From NCBI GenBank assembly GCA_951406725.2, contig OX597829.1, forward strand, positions 47,740,001 through 47,804,000: DNA of 64,000 nucleotides, read 5' to 3'. A program made the position numbers and the translations under genes. The notes beneath the pieces were generated by a model. That model did not search any database. It saw only the letters and a program-made list of their open reading frames with translations, and was not told where the DNA came from. Positions 1-13,196 of this stretch are shown one piece after another; position 1 is the stretch's first letter, and every line of letters begins with the position of its first letter. This DNA is from Octopus vulgaris. Lineage: Eukaryota.

Positions 1-180
1 TTGCTTGACAACCGATGCTGGTGTGTTTACGTCCCCCGTCACTTAGCGGTTCGGCAAAAGAGACCGATAAAATAAGTACTGGGCTTACAAAGAATAAGTC
101 CCGGGATCGATTTGCTCGACTAAAGGTGGTGCTCCAGCATGGCCGCAGTCAAATGACTGAAACAAGTAAAAGAGTAAGAG
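1..180 (+). mobile_element. SINE family A, 3' half
   Basis: Matches the family A tail repeated across the window (gcttgacaaccgatgctggtgtgtttacgtcccc...ggtgctccagcatggccgcagtcaaatgactgaaacaagtaaaagag). Confidence 0.85.
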
Positions 181-1484
181 CATTGCTTCTTCTTCAATTA
201 CGTCTGGACTTTTCTCACATCTAATTTGGTGTATTCTGTCATAGAACAATGCATTATTATTTCTCTATTCTTACCATTTACAATCTTTCTGATTGTGATA
301 AGGTGTCAAAGTTTTATGCTGCACATTATACTCTAGGAAACTAGTATCTGTTCACCTTAAAATGTAGGCAGAACACTTTATTAGTTTTCTCCCTCTCTTG
401 CTCTCTCTCTCTCTATCTATCTATCTATCTCTCGCTTTCCCTCTCTCTCCTCCCTCCCTCTCTCAGTAGACAGCAATATAAAATAAAGTTGGTTTTCTTC
501 TGTTAATGTACTCCTTTTCTCTAACAAGGTTTGCATCTCTCATTTCACGTATGTTGTACCACTTCATCGCATTTACATTTAGCCATAGCCAGTATGTTAA
601 ATTTTCTCGACTTTTCCACAAGGGATAATCTTCACTGCAGATAATGTGAATTTTTATCCTTTAACATTTTACATCTATCTTTAAAGCACATCTTTATTAG
701 CATATATTCACATTTGCTCACATATATATTCATAGGCACATGTTTATAATCTTTCTCCTTAGTATTTTTAAATCCTTGCATTTTAACCTTATCTGAAATG
801 TGTCATACACTTAATCTGCTATCATATAGCTTTCATCTGCAATTTTATGAAGATTTTAACATTCAAGTGGCTCCAACCAGGATTAATTCTGAAGCTAGGA
901 TTTATCCAAACGTAAAAAATGTTTTTTTAGATTGATTTGGAAATTTCAGTAGAAATTTTGATACATATCTTTGTAAGTCTAATATAAGATTTATCTGAAA
1001 AGAAAAAATATGTTTAGTCATTAACAATTGACTATATATGCTTTAACAATGAAATTATTAATAAGAAATTAATATTTTATTTCTGAAACATTCAAAACAA
1101 CTAGATCTAAAAACCAAACGGTAAAATTATATTATTAGAAAGTTAAATTGATTAGAACTACCAGTGAACTCATGCTTTCTCTCTTTTCTCTTTTACAAGG
1201 ATTCCACACATTTTCCAATATAAGTATGTGTGTGTGTGTACACATATGCATATATATATATACAAGTACTTGGAAAAGGATGCTTGGCGATCATATAATA
1301 ATATTAATAATATATAAATATATGCATATATACATATATGTACATACCTACATCTATATTCATATATACATGCATGTATATATACATATAAATGTAGTTA
1401 TGTCCATATATGTATGTATATATGCATATATTTATATATAAATTATATTTTATATATATGTGTGTGTGTGTATATGTATATATA

Positions 1485-1531
<47 letters not shown>

Positions 1532-1562
1532 ATATATGTACATATATGCATATCTATATATT

Positions 1563-1688
1563 AATATCACCGTGATCACCGTGACCGACCAGGCTATCAG
1601 ATGTTGTTACACATCGCTGGTCACAATGCGCTTCGCATTGTTTTTTAGCCTTCAAATGACGCCACCCCGCTGGCTAAGCGAGCAGGCC
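1563..1688 (-). mobile_element. Short interspersed repeat family D (GGCCTGCTCGCTTAGCCAGCGGGGTGG... head, gtgatcacggtgat tail)
   Basis: Near-identical inverted copy at 3466-3590; a partial copy lies near 45135. Confidence 0.7.
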
Positions 1689-1689
1689 A

Positions 1690-1856
1690 GCAGAAGAAAG
1701 AGTGAGAGAAAGCTGTGGCGAAAGAGTACAGCAGGGGTCGCCACCACCCCCTGCCGGAGCCTCGTGGAGCTGTAGGTGTTTTCGCTCAATAAACACTCAC
1801 AACGCCCGGTCTGGGAATCGAAACCGCGATCCTACGACCGCTACCCTAACCACTCG

Positions 1857-1860
<4 letters not shown>
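1690..1860 (-). mobile_element. SINE family B, 5' part
   Basis: Reverse complement of the tRNA-like head seen complete at 15200-15585. Confidence 0.8.
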
Positions 1861-1896
<36 letters not shown>

Positions 1897-1920
1897 TACA
1901 CAACCGTATATATGCACATA

Positions 1921-1977
<57 letters not shown>

Positions 1978-3323
1978 GCACACCCACCTGGTAACACAAA
2001 AAAATATCTTCAAGAGATATAAAAATTCATTGAAATATGATATTACCGAATGTAAATATAAATATTTGTTTTTTTTATTTCGTGCATATTCTCCGAGTCT
2101 TACTTTTAGTTTTTAACCACAATATATTTTATTAACGTGTTTTCTTTTTAATCTTTTGTAAGCTGGTATCTGTTCTTCGTTCATATATTTTAATGCTATT
2201 ACGTGTAAGTTTTTTTTTTATCAGTTGTTTTTGTGTGTGTTTGTGCTTCTGATTGTGCGTGTGTCCGTGTGTATGTGCATGTGTGCGTGTAATTACTGCT
2301 TAGATCGTGAGTAGACTTTTTTTTTATTAAAAAAAAACATGTGAGATGTAAAATTGCATTTTGACAATTGACTTGTAACTCGAACCACATTTTTTTAAAG
2401 GAAGTTTTTCAAGTTAGTCCTGTTTTTCCCCTTCTTTGGTCGTATGAAAGCAAAATATAAGCGAAGCCAAACAAACGTTAGAAGTAAACACACACACACA
2501 CACACACCTTATCTCTTTCTCTCTCTCACTCACACAACATACAATACAAACACACATACACACATATACACACACATATATATATCAGTGTCTATAGAAA
2601 AGCCGATTATCATTGACATCACCAAGGAATGTCCGGGTTTTGGCGCTGAAATTTTTCGGGCCGCAACGTAACGCAACGCAATTTTCTCCCCCCCCCCCCC
2701 ATCATTCATGCAACCACAGCGCCAAATCAGGGTCAGCTACAACCAAGCTGCATTGAACTTTGCTAAATTAATTATTTGTTCAACGCTTATTCATGGGCCG
2801 TCTTGTATCTGCTTATTGGTACAACATTCATATCTTTCTTTGCTAAAGTTGTTCTCTCCACTCTATATATTGTTAATTGATATCTAAAATCGCCAAAAAT
2901 GTTTTTGATGTACTTCGATGGGTGCACTTGAATTTGAAACCGCTCAACTATTATTGGTCTTGTATAAGTTAGATTTCTTGGTCCTTTAGAATTGGCCTTT
3001 ATGTCGTCACTACCATTCCTGCTGTTGTAGCACCAGCGAGTGTTTTTCCTGCATGCATTTCGCGTAGGTTTTAAAAATGAATTTCTTCTGCTGTCTGCAG
3101 TGTAACACCAGATCACTCTTTCCTTGGAAAAACATATTCGTTGCGGAATTTCTTATACTTTCCTCCAGTGCACAAGGAGCAAAGTCAGAAACATTTTATG
3201 TAAGAAGTGGTATTCTGTTATTATATTTATATTGTTCATGCTTTATATTTACATTGTTCTCTCCTAGGTTCTAAGTATACTTTGATAGAAATATTGTGTT
3301 TCTTCTGCAAGTATTTTTGAACG

Positions 3324-3369
<46 letters not shown>

Positions 3370-3465
3370 TTTATTTATTTATTGCCTACATGAGGCTAAA
3401 CATAGAAGGGACAATCAAGGACAGACAAATGGATTAAGTCGATTATACCGACTATATATATATAT

Positions 3466-3585
3466 TGGCCTGCTCGCTTAGCCAGCGGGGTGGCGTCATT
3501 TGAAGGCTAAAACAATGCGAAGCGCATTGTGACCAGCGATGTGTTGCAACATCTGATAGCCTGGTCGGTCACAGTGATCACGGTG

Positions 3586-3590
<5 letters not shown>
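3466..3590 (+). mobile_element. Short interspersed repeat family D
   Basis: Inverted copy of 1563-1688, flanked by TA tracts. Confidence 0.7.
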
Positions 3591-3623
<33 letters not shown>

Positions 3624-3830
3624 GTATGCATTTGTGTGACTGTGTTTGTCCCCCCATGATCGCTTGACAACCGATGTTGATGTGTTAACGTCCCTGAAAC
3701 TTAGCGGTTTGGCAAAAGTGACTGATAGAATAAGTACTAGGTTTACAAAGAATAAGTCCTGGGGTCGATTTATTCCCTAGCATGGTCGCCGACAAATGGT
3801 TGAAACAAGTAAAAGAATAAGAGAATATAT

Positions 3831-3996
3831 AAGGAGTGGCTGTGTGGTAAGTAGATTGTTAACCAACCACATGGTTCCGGGTTCAGTCCCACTGCGTGGC
3901 ATCTTGGGCAAGTGTCTTCTGCTATAGCCCCGGGCCGACCAATGCCTTGTGAGTGAATTTGGTAGACGGAAACTGAGAGAAGCCTGTCGTATATAC

Positions 3997-4053
<57 letters not shown>

Positions 4054-4285
4054 CGTGTATGTGTGTGTGTTTGTGTGTGTGTGTGTTTGTCCCCCTGGCA
4101 TTGCTTGACAACTGATGCTGGTGTGTTTACGTCCCCGTCACTTAGCGATTCGGCAAAAAGAGACCGATAGAATAAGTACTGGGCTTACAAAGAATAAGTC
4201 CCGGGGTCGAGTTGCTCAACTAAAGGTGGTGCTCCAGCATGGCAGCAGTCATCTGACTGAAACAAGAAAAAAAGAGAGTAAAAGA
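3831..4285 (+). mobile_element. Full-length SINE family A (tRNA-derived, CORE-like domain, internal TA/TG microsatellite)
   Basis: Pol III A-box-like tggctgtgtggtaag, B-box-like ggttcagtccc, CORE-like ttgggcaagtgtctt segment, LINE-like 3' tail. More than 20 whole or partial copies occur in the window. Confidence 0.9.
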
Positions 4286-4338
4286 TATATATATATATAT
4301 ATATATGCTTTATTAAAAAGTAGCAAAAATATCAAAAC

Positions 4339-4378
4339 ACTGTTACTCAGAGTTTCACGTTCCCATTCATCGGACAGT
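4339..4378 (-). ncRNA. Type I hammerhead ribozyme motif (U4C core variant)
   Basis: Minus strand reads actgt-CCGATGA-atg ggaa cgt-GAAAC-tctga-GTA-acagt, with a 5-bp stem I, short stem II and GUA triplet, in a TA-flanked cassette. Confidence 0.75.
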
Positions 4379-4486
4379 TTTGTTTAGAATGGAACAAAAA
4401 TAAGGTTATAAGCAAACATATATTATTAGTTTAATGGATACACATTTGAAAATGGTTTTGTTTCATTGGTCCTTTCAAATAACGGT

Positions 4487-4603
<117 letters not shown>

Positions 4604-4849
4604 CGTATGTTGTATGTGTGTACCATTTTCACTAAAAGATTTACGACCGAAAATAAAGCACTTGAACCAGTCAGATGGAAGCTCCAGTGACTCGATCAAA
4701 GCATGATCCAAGAATTGCAGGACATTTGTCAAAGAGTTTAATTACCTCAACTGTGCATATGAGAACGCGTGTGTAAACACAGGACCGCAAGTAACTATAT
4801 GTGGGTTGTGACGCAAATAATGATTTACTCTATTTTTTATTTATTTTAT

Positions 4850-5240
4850 TTATTTTATCTAGTTTCAGCTCACGAATTGTGTCCATGCTGGGGCACCGCC
4901 ATTTGGTGTTGCTACATGATTTTACTTCACGAATGCCTTTTAGCAATTGCCATTTGGTGCATGAGAGAGTTCGATGCAGCTGCTCTCATCTGCACCTCCT
5001 GCCTTGAAGTTGGTTCATCCGGGACACCTGACAGAAAGAGATCCAGTCCAACTTTAAAGACATCCGCATCCACCCCATGCAGGTCCCTCAGGTTCTTCGG
5101 GAGGATATTGAAGAGCTGTGGGCCTATCACAGTATCTTGTCCTACATCTTGATGGCAAATTTGGAGTCCTTGGCGCCACTGCGTGGTGCCAAGTTCTGGC
5201 ATTTGTGTAACTCTCGATGCCAAAGTTTGGGACAATATTG
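4850..5240 (-). mobile_element. 3' end of a CR1/Jockey-group non-LTR retrotransposon (LINE)
   Basis: Translation GPQLFNILPKNLRDLHGVDADVFKVGLDLFLSGVPDEP...RAAASNSL is typical of LINE ORF2 C-termini. It is followed by a short 3' UTR and an (ATAAA)n tail. A second fragment lies at about 30240-30380 (+). Confidence 0.75.
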
Positions 5241-5610
5241 TATATTTTACTTTCCTTATTGTTCTTATTTCTCTTAATTACTCCCTCTCTTTGTCTATAA
5301 GGTCGTAATGGATTCTGTCCCTTGCCATTTCCCGCCCAACGGCTTAAATCTAAGGCCACTAACAACATGCTGTATTAAAACCGAGCGAAACAGAGTTTTA
5401 TTTAACGAAATCCCCCTGACAACATCACCTGACGAGACGCATATACTTGTTACTTGTTTCAGTCATTTGACTGCGGCCATGCTGGAACACCGCCTTTAGT
5501 CGAAGAAATCGACTCCCTAGGACTTATTCTTTGCAAGCCTAGTACTTTTTCTACTGCTTGACAATATCAGGTGTTAACATACACACACACACAGACAATA
5601 TCGGTTGTTA

Positions 5611-5705
<95 letters not shown>

Positions 5706-5812
5706 TCTAAGCTTCTGTCACTGAAGAAATTTCTGTGTTTTTATAAGACATATTATCCAAAGGAGGAATACCGCAGTTTAGCAGACTTTCAACGATATAT
5801 TTATTTTAAGTA

Positions 5813-5863
<51 letters not shown>

Positions 5864-5887
5864 TGACAGAAACTTTGATTTCATTGC

Positions 5888-5925
5888 TAATTACATATTT
5901 CTACCTGGTTGGGCTTCGTCAGTTT
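5888..5925 (-). ncRNA. Degenerate hammerhead ribozyme motif
   Basis: Minus strand reads CTGACGA-agcc caacca ggta-GAAA-tat-GTA; stem I is weak. Confidence 0.45.
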
Positions 5926-6925
5926 CAAGTATTCACTGAGAAAATCGGCTACTAGTGATATGTAGTAGAAATGAAGATAAGCCAAAAGAGAAGATAAGGA
6001 CAAGTGGAGGGTGTTTAGAAGGATTGTGGCTTTTCTCGGAAATAGAGTATCTGAAACGGATACGACATATTTTAAACACATTTTCTAAAATGTCGAGAGC
6101 AGATTACGAGCAAGACATTGTTGTTCTCAATTAGGACAAACATGACTGTTGATAAAGCCACTACGTAAAATTAGCTTCTGTTAAGTTAAAATAATCTGGT
6201 GTGTTTTTTTCTTATGCAAATTTTTATGAGAAGGGGTATTTGTAAAATGCCATTAAGTGAAGTGCATAGTGGGGAACTACAAAAGGTTGAGGACCACTAC
6301 TGTGCAGGTTTAATTTTGTTTCTTTTCCTTTTTCTTTTTAACCAGTTTTGTTTTAAATGACAAAATGAGAAAGCGAGTGGTTAGCCATATTGTTATCTAC
6401 CGTCTCGATTTACATAATCGCCACTGACGAAAATCCTTTAATAACATTGCTCAATATCAATAATCACCTATCAATCAACTTAATAACTAATAAACCTTTT
6501 ATTTCTTTTACATTAACTTATTTAGTCAGTAAACTAAGCAACCATTAATGTAATTAACTAGCCGGTCAGTTAACCTAGTAATTAAATAAATACACACTAA
6601 ATAAATAACTAGTTTCCTTTACGTTTTTTTTCTCTCTTGCTCATTTTTTGTTATTTTGTTATTAAATAATATTACATGTTGGAACTGGTTTCCAACACAA
6701 TTCTATAGAAATATAATTAGCCCTGTGAATAAGTGACCTTGTGACCTTCAGAAATAAATTGAGTTGCAATGGGACACATCCAAACAAAGAGAAAAAAGCA
6801 ATATAAGGAAACGAAAATAGTATTATTTTGTAATAAATAAAGTCAAGTCTGTGCTGATTACATGTTTGGTGCTTGAGGTGAAATTCAGATGCGGGGCACA
6901 CAGAATGATGTTGTTTACATTATAG

Positions 6926-6951
6926 GTGTTTGTGTGTGTGTGTGTGTGTGT

Positions 6952-6991
<40 letters not shown>

Positions 6992-7047
6992 GCGCACGTG
7001 TGTGTGTGTGTGTGTGCGTGTGTGTGTGTATTTGTGTGTGTGTGTGC

Positions 7048-7079
<32 letters not shown>

Positions 7080-7080
7080 A

Positions 7081-7163
<83 letters not shown>
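6926..7163. repeat. (TG)n microsatellite
   Basis: Direct inspection. Confidence 0.95.
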
Positions 7164-7165
<2 letters not shown>

Positions 7166-7454
7166 GGCAGCGAACTGGCAGAATTGTTAGTACGCTGGAC
7201 AAAGCGGTTCGCGGCGTTTTATCTCTCTTTACGTTCCGTGTTCAAATCCTGCTGAGCTCGACTTTGCCTTTCATTCTTTCAAGATCGATAAAGAAAAAAA
7301 GTACCAGCTCAGCACTGGTGGTCGATGTAACCGTCTAGCGCACTCCGCTAAAATTCTAGGCTATGTATGTGTACGTGTGTGTGCGTCTGTGTGTGTGTGA
7401 GCTTGTTTATGTGCGTGCATATGTGTATGTGTGTGTAGATTTTTTTATCTGTTA

Positions 7455-7712
7455 CCTTTTGCTTGTTTCAGTCATTGGACGGCGGCCGTGCAGGGGTACC
7501 ACCTGGGAGGGTTTTAGTCGAATTATGCTGCAGCACCGCCTTGAAGCCTTTTAATCGAACAAATCGACCCCAGGACTTACTTTCTAAGCCTAGTATTTAT
7601 TATATCGGTCTCTTTTGCTGAACCGCTAATTTACGGGGACACAAACATACCAACATCGATTGTCAAGCGATGGTAGAGGGTTAAAACACAGACACAAAGA
7701 TACATTCTCATT

Positions 7713-7747
<35 letters not shown>

Positions 7748-7955
7748 ACGGGCTTCTTTCAGTCTCCATCTAACTTATTCACTCACAAGGCTTTGATCAG
7801 CCCAAGGCTATAGTAGAAGACACTTGCTTCCCAGCGACGTGGTTCTGGGTTCAGTCCTACTGTGTGGCATCTTGGGTACTATTATAGCCTCGGGCCGACC
7901 AAAGCCTCGTGAGTGTATTTAGTAGACGGAAACTGAAAGAAGAAAACCGTCGTAT
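7455..7955 (-). mobile_element. SINE family A copy (-) abutting an inverted head fragment (+)
   Basis: Similarity to family A on both strands, with the switch near 7830. Confidence 0.75.
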
Positions 7956-8014
7956 ATATATGTATATATACGTCATATATATATGTAACTATGACTTAAT
8001 TTTCCTCTCACACC

Positions 8015-8066
8015 GTCTCCGATGAAGGGATATTATTAATTAATATCCTAGAAACAGCTGCAAGAC
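8015..8066 (+). ncRNA. Hammerhead ribozyme motif, probably inactivated (GCA at the cleavage triplet)
   Basis: gtct-CCGATGA-agggatatta ttaat taatatccta-GAAAC-AGCT-GCA-agac; stems I and II pair and the loop is palindromic AGCT. Confidence 0.7.
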
Positions 8067-8242
8067 CTTCTATCTATAAACGCTCCAATATCTATACAGC
8101 CTTGATTTTTTCATCTTATTACGCCAAAATTCTTATATATATATATGTAGCAACACCAAATGGCGGTGCCCCAGCATGGCCACAGCTCATGAGCTAGAAT
8201 CAATCAATCAATCAATCAATCATATATATATATTGTTATGAC

Positions 8243-8284
8243 AACTGTCCCATGAATGGGAACGTAAAACCATGAGTAACAGTT
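8243..8284 (+). ncRNA. Degenerate hammerhead motif, same family as 4339-4378
   Basis: aactgt-cccatga-atgggaacgt-aaaac-catga-gta-acagtt; the flank also matches 4305-4340; the core is mutated. Confidence 0.55.
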
Positions 8285-9033
8285 CTGAGATAATTTTGCT
8301 GTTTTAATAAAAACTATATATATATAAATATATGAATGTGTGTATGTGTGTACATATATACATACGTAACCTAAGTCCAGAGTTACTACTATATTACCTA
8401 TTTTCGATTTCAATTGAAGCGGGATTCTGAAGCGTCAAACTCATTCAAGAATAGTCTATTGATCCTGAGTAGTCTCTCTCTCTCTTACTCTTGTTTTGTC
8501 TAGGTGACCATTGTTCAGTATTATCTCTATGTCCATTACTTACAAATATAATTTTTCGTCGTTGAATGCTATCGCACTCTTCAAATAAAATGCATTAGAA
8601 CGTTTCTGTTTATTCACTGATTAAATTTTAGCGTTGATCAGGTTCCGGCGGTGATACAGGGCAGCTCCTTCATTTTTTATGGTAGAGTGTAATGATTTTA
8701 TTTTTTTTATTTTTTTTCCAGTTTCAGCTAATGAGCTGTGGCCATGCTGGGGCACCGCCATTTAATGTTATTCTTTTATTCTTTTTTTTTTTGTTTTCAA
8801 TCATTTGACTGCGGCCATGCTGGTGCACCGCCCTGGGGGGGGGGGGGGGAGGGTTTACTCGAACAAAATCGAGCCCCCATGACTTTTATTTTAAAGCCTA
8901 GTACTTATTTTATCAGCCTGTTTTGCTGAAATGCTAAGTTACGGGGACATAAGCACACCAACGCCGGCTGTCAAGCAGTCATGGCAATACAAACACGCAC
9001 ACACACACACACATACATACCTACCTACCTACA

Positions 9034-9067
<34 letters not shown>

Positions 9068-9126
9068 CATACATACATGCATACATACATACATATATAC
9101 ATAAATACATACATACATACATACAT

Positions 9127-9206
<80 letters not shown>

Positions 9207-9210
<4 letters not shown>

Positions 9211-9790
9211 TAAGGTGTGTTATGAGCCTTTATAGAACACATATCTTTTAGAAACTCAACAAACAACTAAAGATGGAAAAGAGAAAGTGTTAAAAGTTTT
9301 ATAAAATTATAATCCAATGCATACGATCCGAGACTATAGTAGAAGAGACTTCCCCGAGTATGTTCTTATATTTCATCTTCCATAATCATTTTATGAATAT
9401 CCGAATGAGTTATGTGACACTCACCTTATCTAGTCATCTGTAATAATATAGTATTCCTCTGATATATTGTTTTTGATGTACTCTTCTTTTGCACTGAGGA
9501 GAACGGTAATATGTAATTAATTTAATTATAATTAATTTAATTTTTTTCCATGTTTCTTACATGTTAATATTACCATTCGAAACGATCGTATGCATGGATT
9601 ATAATTTTATAAAACTTTTAACATCTCTTCTCCATCTTTAATTGTTAAGTTGAGTTTATAAAGAATACTTGTTCTATAATTGCTCATAACACACCTTATA
9701 CTTGTAACACTTTCATATTTAAAAAAATACTTACAACAATAGTAAGCTACCAATTTAATATGAAGACTCTTTATTAGAAATCTAACAATA
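9207..9790 (+). mobile_element. Fold-back PLE-like remnant with inverted arms 9207-9328 and 9584-9702
   Basis: The arms are diverged reverse complements; the element contains an HHR and is TA-flanked. Confidence 0.65.
9490..9594 (+). ncRNA. Type I hammerhead ribozyme, canonical core, long stem II
   Basis: tgca-CTGAGGA-gaacggtaatat...atattaccattc-GAAAC-GATC-GTA-tgca. Confidence 0.85.
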
Positions 9791-9844
9791 ATATATATAT
9801 ATATGAAAGAAGTTTTGAAAATGCAAAGGTCTTATAGAGATGTT

Positions 9845-10022
9845 TATTGACTTGACTGGTTTCAGTTTTTTAGAAGATTATCAAAAGTAAAATGTAAAGA
9901 TTTGTATAATCTTTGTTGTGTTAAAAATGGTCATCACAAGACCATTTTTTAATACAACAAAGCTTATGCAAAGCTTTACATTTTATTTTGATAATCTTCT
10001 AAAAAGTGAAATCCAGTCAAGT

Positions 10023-10027
<5 letters not shown>
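9845..10027. repeat. About 180-bp hairpin (inverted repeat)
   Basis: tattgacttgactgg... pairs with ...ccagtcaagtcaata around the loop ggtc-atcacaa-gacc. Confidence 0.85.
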
Positions 10028-10068
<41 letters not shown>

Positions 10069-10282
10069 TACAAAATTAGAGAATGGAGAAACATACTTAA
10101 ATCAATAAAACATCAACTATCCGATGATACTCAATCCATACTTTAATACACCATTACATAGGAGTAAAGGCAATATATAAAATGAAATGAGATATACAGT
10201 AATAGTAAAAGTAAAAGTAAAAGTAAAAAGATAAAGAGATATAAGTAAAAAATTATAAATACAATATGCAAATAAATCAAAA

Positions 10283-10390
10283 CTGACAGCTGTTTCGGCA
10301 GTGAGGACAGTCATACCTCATTTAACCTATAAGCCATAAAGGCAGGTATAAATGAGGCATTAACAAAGATGCCCCACGGCCTCTTCAGAG
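10283..10390 (-). ncRNA. Type I hammerhead ribozyme (mirror copy of 12700-12807)
   Basis: Reverse complement of the motif in the right arm. Confidence 0.85.
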
Positions 10391-12699
10391 AATTAAATTA
10401 AATTTGTTATAATAGTGAAAAATATTATATAATCATATACATATAAATATAAAAATATAAAAAAGTAAAATATAAAAACTTATACATCATAATGCTACAC
10501 TTGTATAATATAATACATATTTGTACAAAAAGGAAGGTAACCAGAACAAAATAAAACAAAATATATAACAGTGTATATATAATATTAATAAGTACCGATA
10601 TCATACATATTTAGCTAATAGTTTTTTTTAATATTTAGCTAATATTTAGCTAATATTTTTTAATATTTAGCTAATAGTTTTTTTATAAATTTCATAATTT
10701 TATAATTTTTATAGCTACATTTGTATAATAACTAATTGGATGTGTCTAGTATTATTGGTTTCTTGGTTTTTGTATGTGGGTTTTTGTTTGTTTTTTTTAA
10801 GAGAAATGCAATATGACATAAAATAACATATTCATTTTGGTATTTGCCTTGTAATGTGTGATTTTTGAAGTTTTCCAATATTGCATAGTATATTGCAAAG
10901 TATATATGTATATCTTGGTTAGATACCTAGCTCTGGATAATGTAATGATATTGTATAATATGTAATATATGAGAGCCTTTTGTGAGTTTGGTGGGTTTAG
11001 GTTGAGATTATGGGTTTTTTGTATGTGCTGATTTGGAAGGTTTTTATTATATATTTGGTCTTTTTGTACTCACCTTAATTTGTATCTTATGTTATTCACT
11101 GATAAACCTTTTTCATTTTTTTCATTTTCTCATTTACATGCATTTTGCTTTATAATTGTTACCAGCCTCATATATTTAGTTTATATCTATAGTCCTCTGG
11201 ATCTGTACTTTAAACTATCCTTCCATACATATTTACTTTCAACAATATAAAATATATATATTCACTTTATTTATTTTTATTTATTTCCCATTTTATTGTA
11301 ATATTATCAATATTTGCATCTAGTCTTCTATTTATTTATTTATTTGCCTATTTAAGTGTGGATGTTTACATACATATCAAGTCATTTAATTTGTTACCTA
11401 TTTATTCTTTACTTATTTACTTATACTGGTGTAGTTTTATACATACATATCTATCATTTATTTTTATTTATTTTAATAATATATGAATACATATATACTA
11501 GTTTGTACTTATAATTATGTGTATAACCGTATTTATTCCTTCGTATTTATTCCTTTTTATTTATTTTATCTCTTTTCATATTAAGTCTTTATAATATAAA
11601 ATTTATTTAAAATTTCTGTGATGTTCTCATAAGCGTTTACATTAATACTTCCCCCTCTATTTTTTATTGCCTAAACTGGTATATTTTGGCACTATATTTA
11701 TTAAGTTAATAAGTGACTTATTTATAATATCTAAATTAATATATTTTATATTTTATATTTTATAATTTAGCGTACTTTAAATCATAACAAACTTACGATA
11801 AACCTAACAACCGTATGTTTACTCTGCAACAAACCGGTGTTACAAATTTTAAGTTACCCATGAAATAATTATCTGAATTAGTAACATACTGATATTTAAA
11901 AATACATTTATATCTTAATTAAATATTTTATAGAATGCATGGATGGTTCTTTTTTTGTTATTGAGGCTCAGTTATAATTTTGAAGGACTTAGTGTTAGCA
12001 TGGTTGCTTCCCTATTTGTTTATCTAAGTGTTAGTTGTTGCTTATGATTATGTATATGTACAAGTGTATGTATATACATATAACTATGTGTGTATGTGCG
12101 ATTGATCTGTAGATGCGTGTGTGAATATTGGCGTTCCCTGACTAACCAACCGTATAATTTTCTTTTGTGATTTAAATTTCAAACCAATAGCCAATCGAAT
12201 TAATCTAAATTTTCTTTACCTAGTGGTCAGCATTTCTTAACTCATAGTTATTTCGATCTTGGAAGGATGGACTTGGTGATAACTTAACTGTATCTATTTT
12301 TATTATTTTTTATTATTATTACTATTATTATTTTTATTATTATTATTATTATTAATAGTAATTTTTATTAACTTTTATAGCTTTAGAATTTTATGAACTG
12401 TACCACGGATTTAATTATTATTATTTTTCATCTCCATATGTGTTAGCCCCCTTTTTTTATAAAAAAAACTATTAGCTAAATATGTATGATATCGGTACTT
12501 ATTAATATTATATATACACTGTTATATATTTTGTTTTATTTTGTTCTGGTTACCTTCCTTTTTGTACAAATATGTATTATATTATACAAGTGTAGCATTA
12601 TGATGTATAAGTTTTTATATTTTACTTTTTTATATTTTTATATTTATATGTATATGATTATATAATATTTTTCACTATTATAACAAATTTAATTTAATT

Positions 12700-12807
12700 C
12701 TCTGAAGAGGCCGTGGGGCATCTTTGTTAATGCCTCATTTATACCTGCCTTTATGGCTTATAGGTTAAATGAGGTATGACTGTCCTCACTGCCGAAACAG
12801 CTGTCAG
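12700..12807 (+). ncRNA. Type I hammerhead ribozyme, canonical core, about 85-nt structured stem II
   Basis: ct-CTGAAGA-ggccgtggggca...tgtcctcactgcc-GAAAC-AGCT-GTC-ag, with internal hairpin tgcctcattta/taaatgaggta. Predicted cleavage is after 12805. Stem I is only about 2 bp. Confidence 0.85.
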
Positions 12808-13196
12808 TTTTGATTTATTTGCATATTGTATTTGTAATTTTTTACTTATATCTCTTTATCTTTTTACTTTTACTTTTACTTTTACTATTACTGTATATCT
12901 CATTTCATTTTATATATTGCCTTTACTCCTATGTAATGGTGTATTAAAGTATGGATTGAGTATCATCGGATAGTTGATGTTTTATTGATTTAAGTATGTT
13001 TCTCCATTCTCTAATTTTGTAGTATTAATTTACGGTAATATTATTACCCTTACCCATTTAATACAATAGATGAACTGATTGCTTGACAATTTCTAACATC
13101 TATGTATTAATTTTTGTTGGGTACCTATCTAGCAGTATATTGGATATATATTATCCCATGGTGGGTTGAATTTTCAACCCCTATCTCATTTTATAA

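Noticed and set aside
2787-3240. 109-aa minus-strand ORF, possibly a decayed PLE endonuclease region
   Set aside because: No motif could be read with confidence.
6100-6300. hAT/Charlie-like end (aaaggttgaggaccact)
   Set aside because: No matching left terminus or TSD identified.
10117-12973. Duplicated 65-aa hydrophobic ORF (MTVLTAETAV...)
   Set aside because: Arises from the AT-rich inverted arms and overlaps the ribozyme; no coding evidence.
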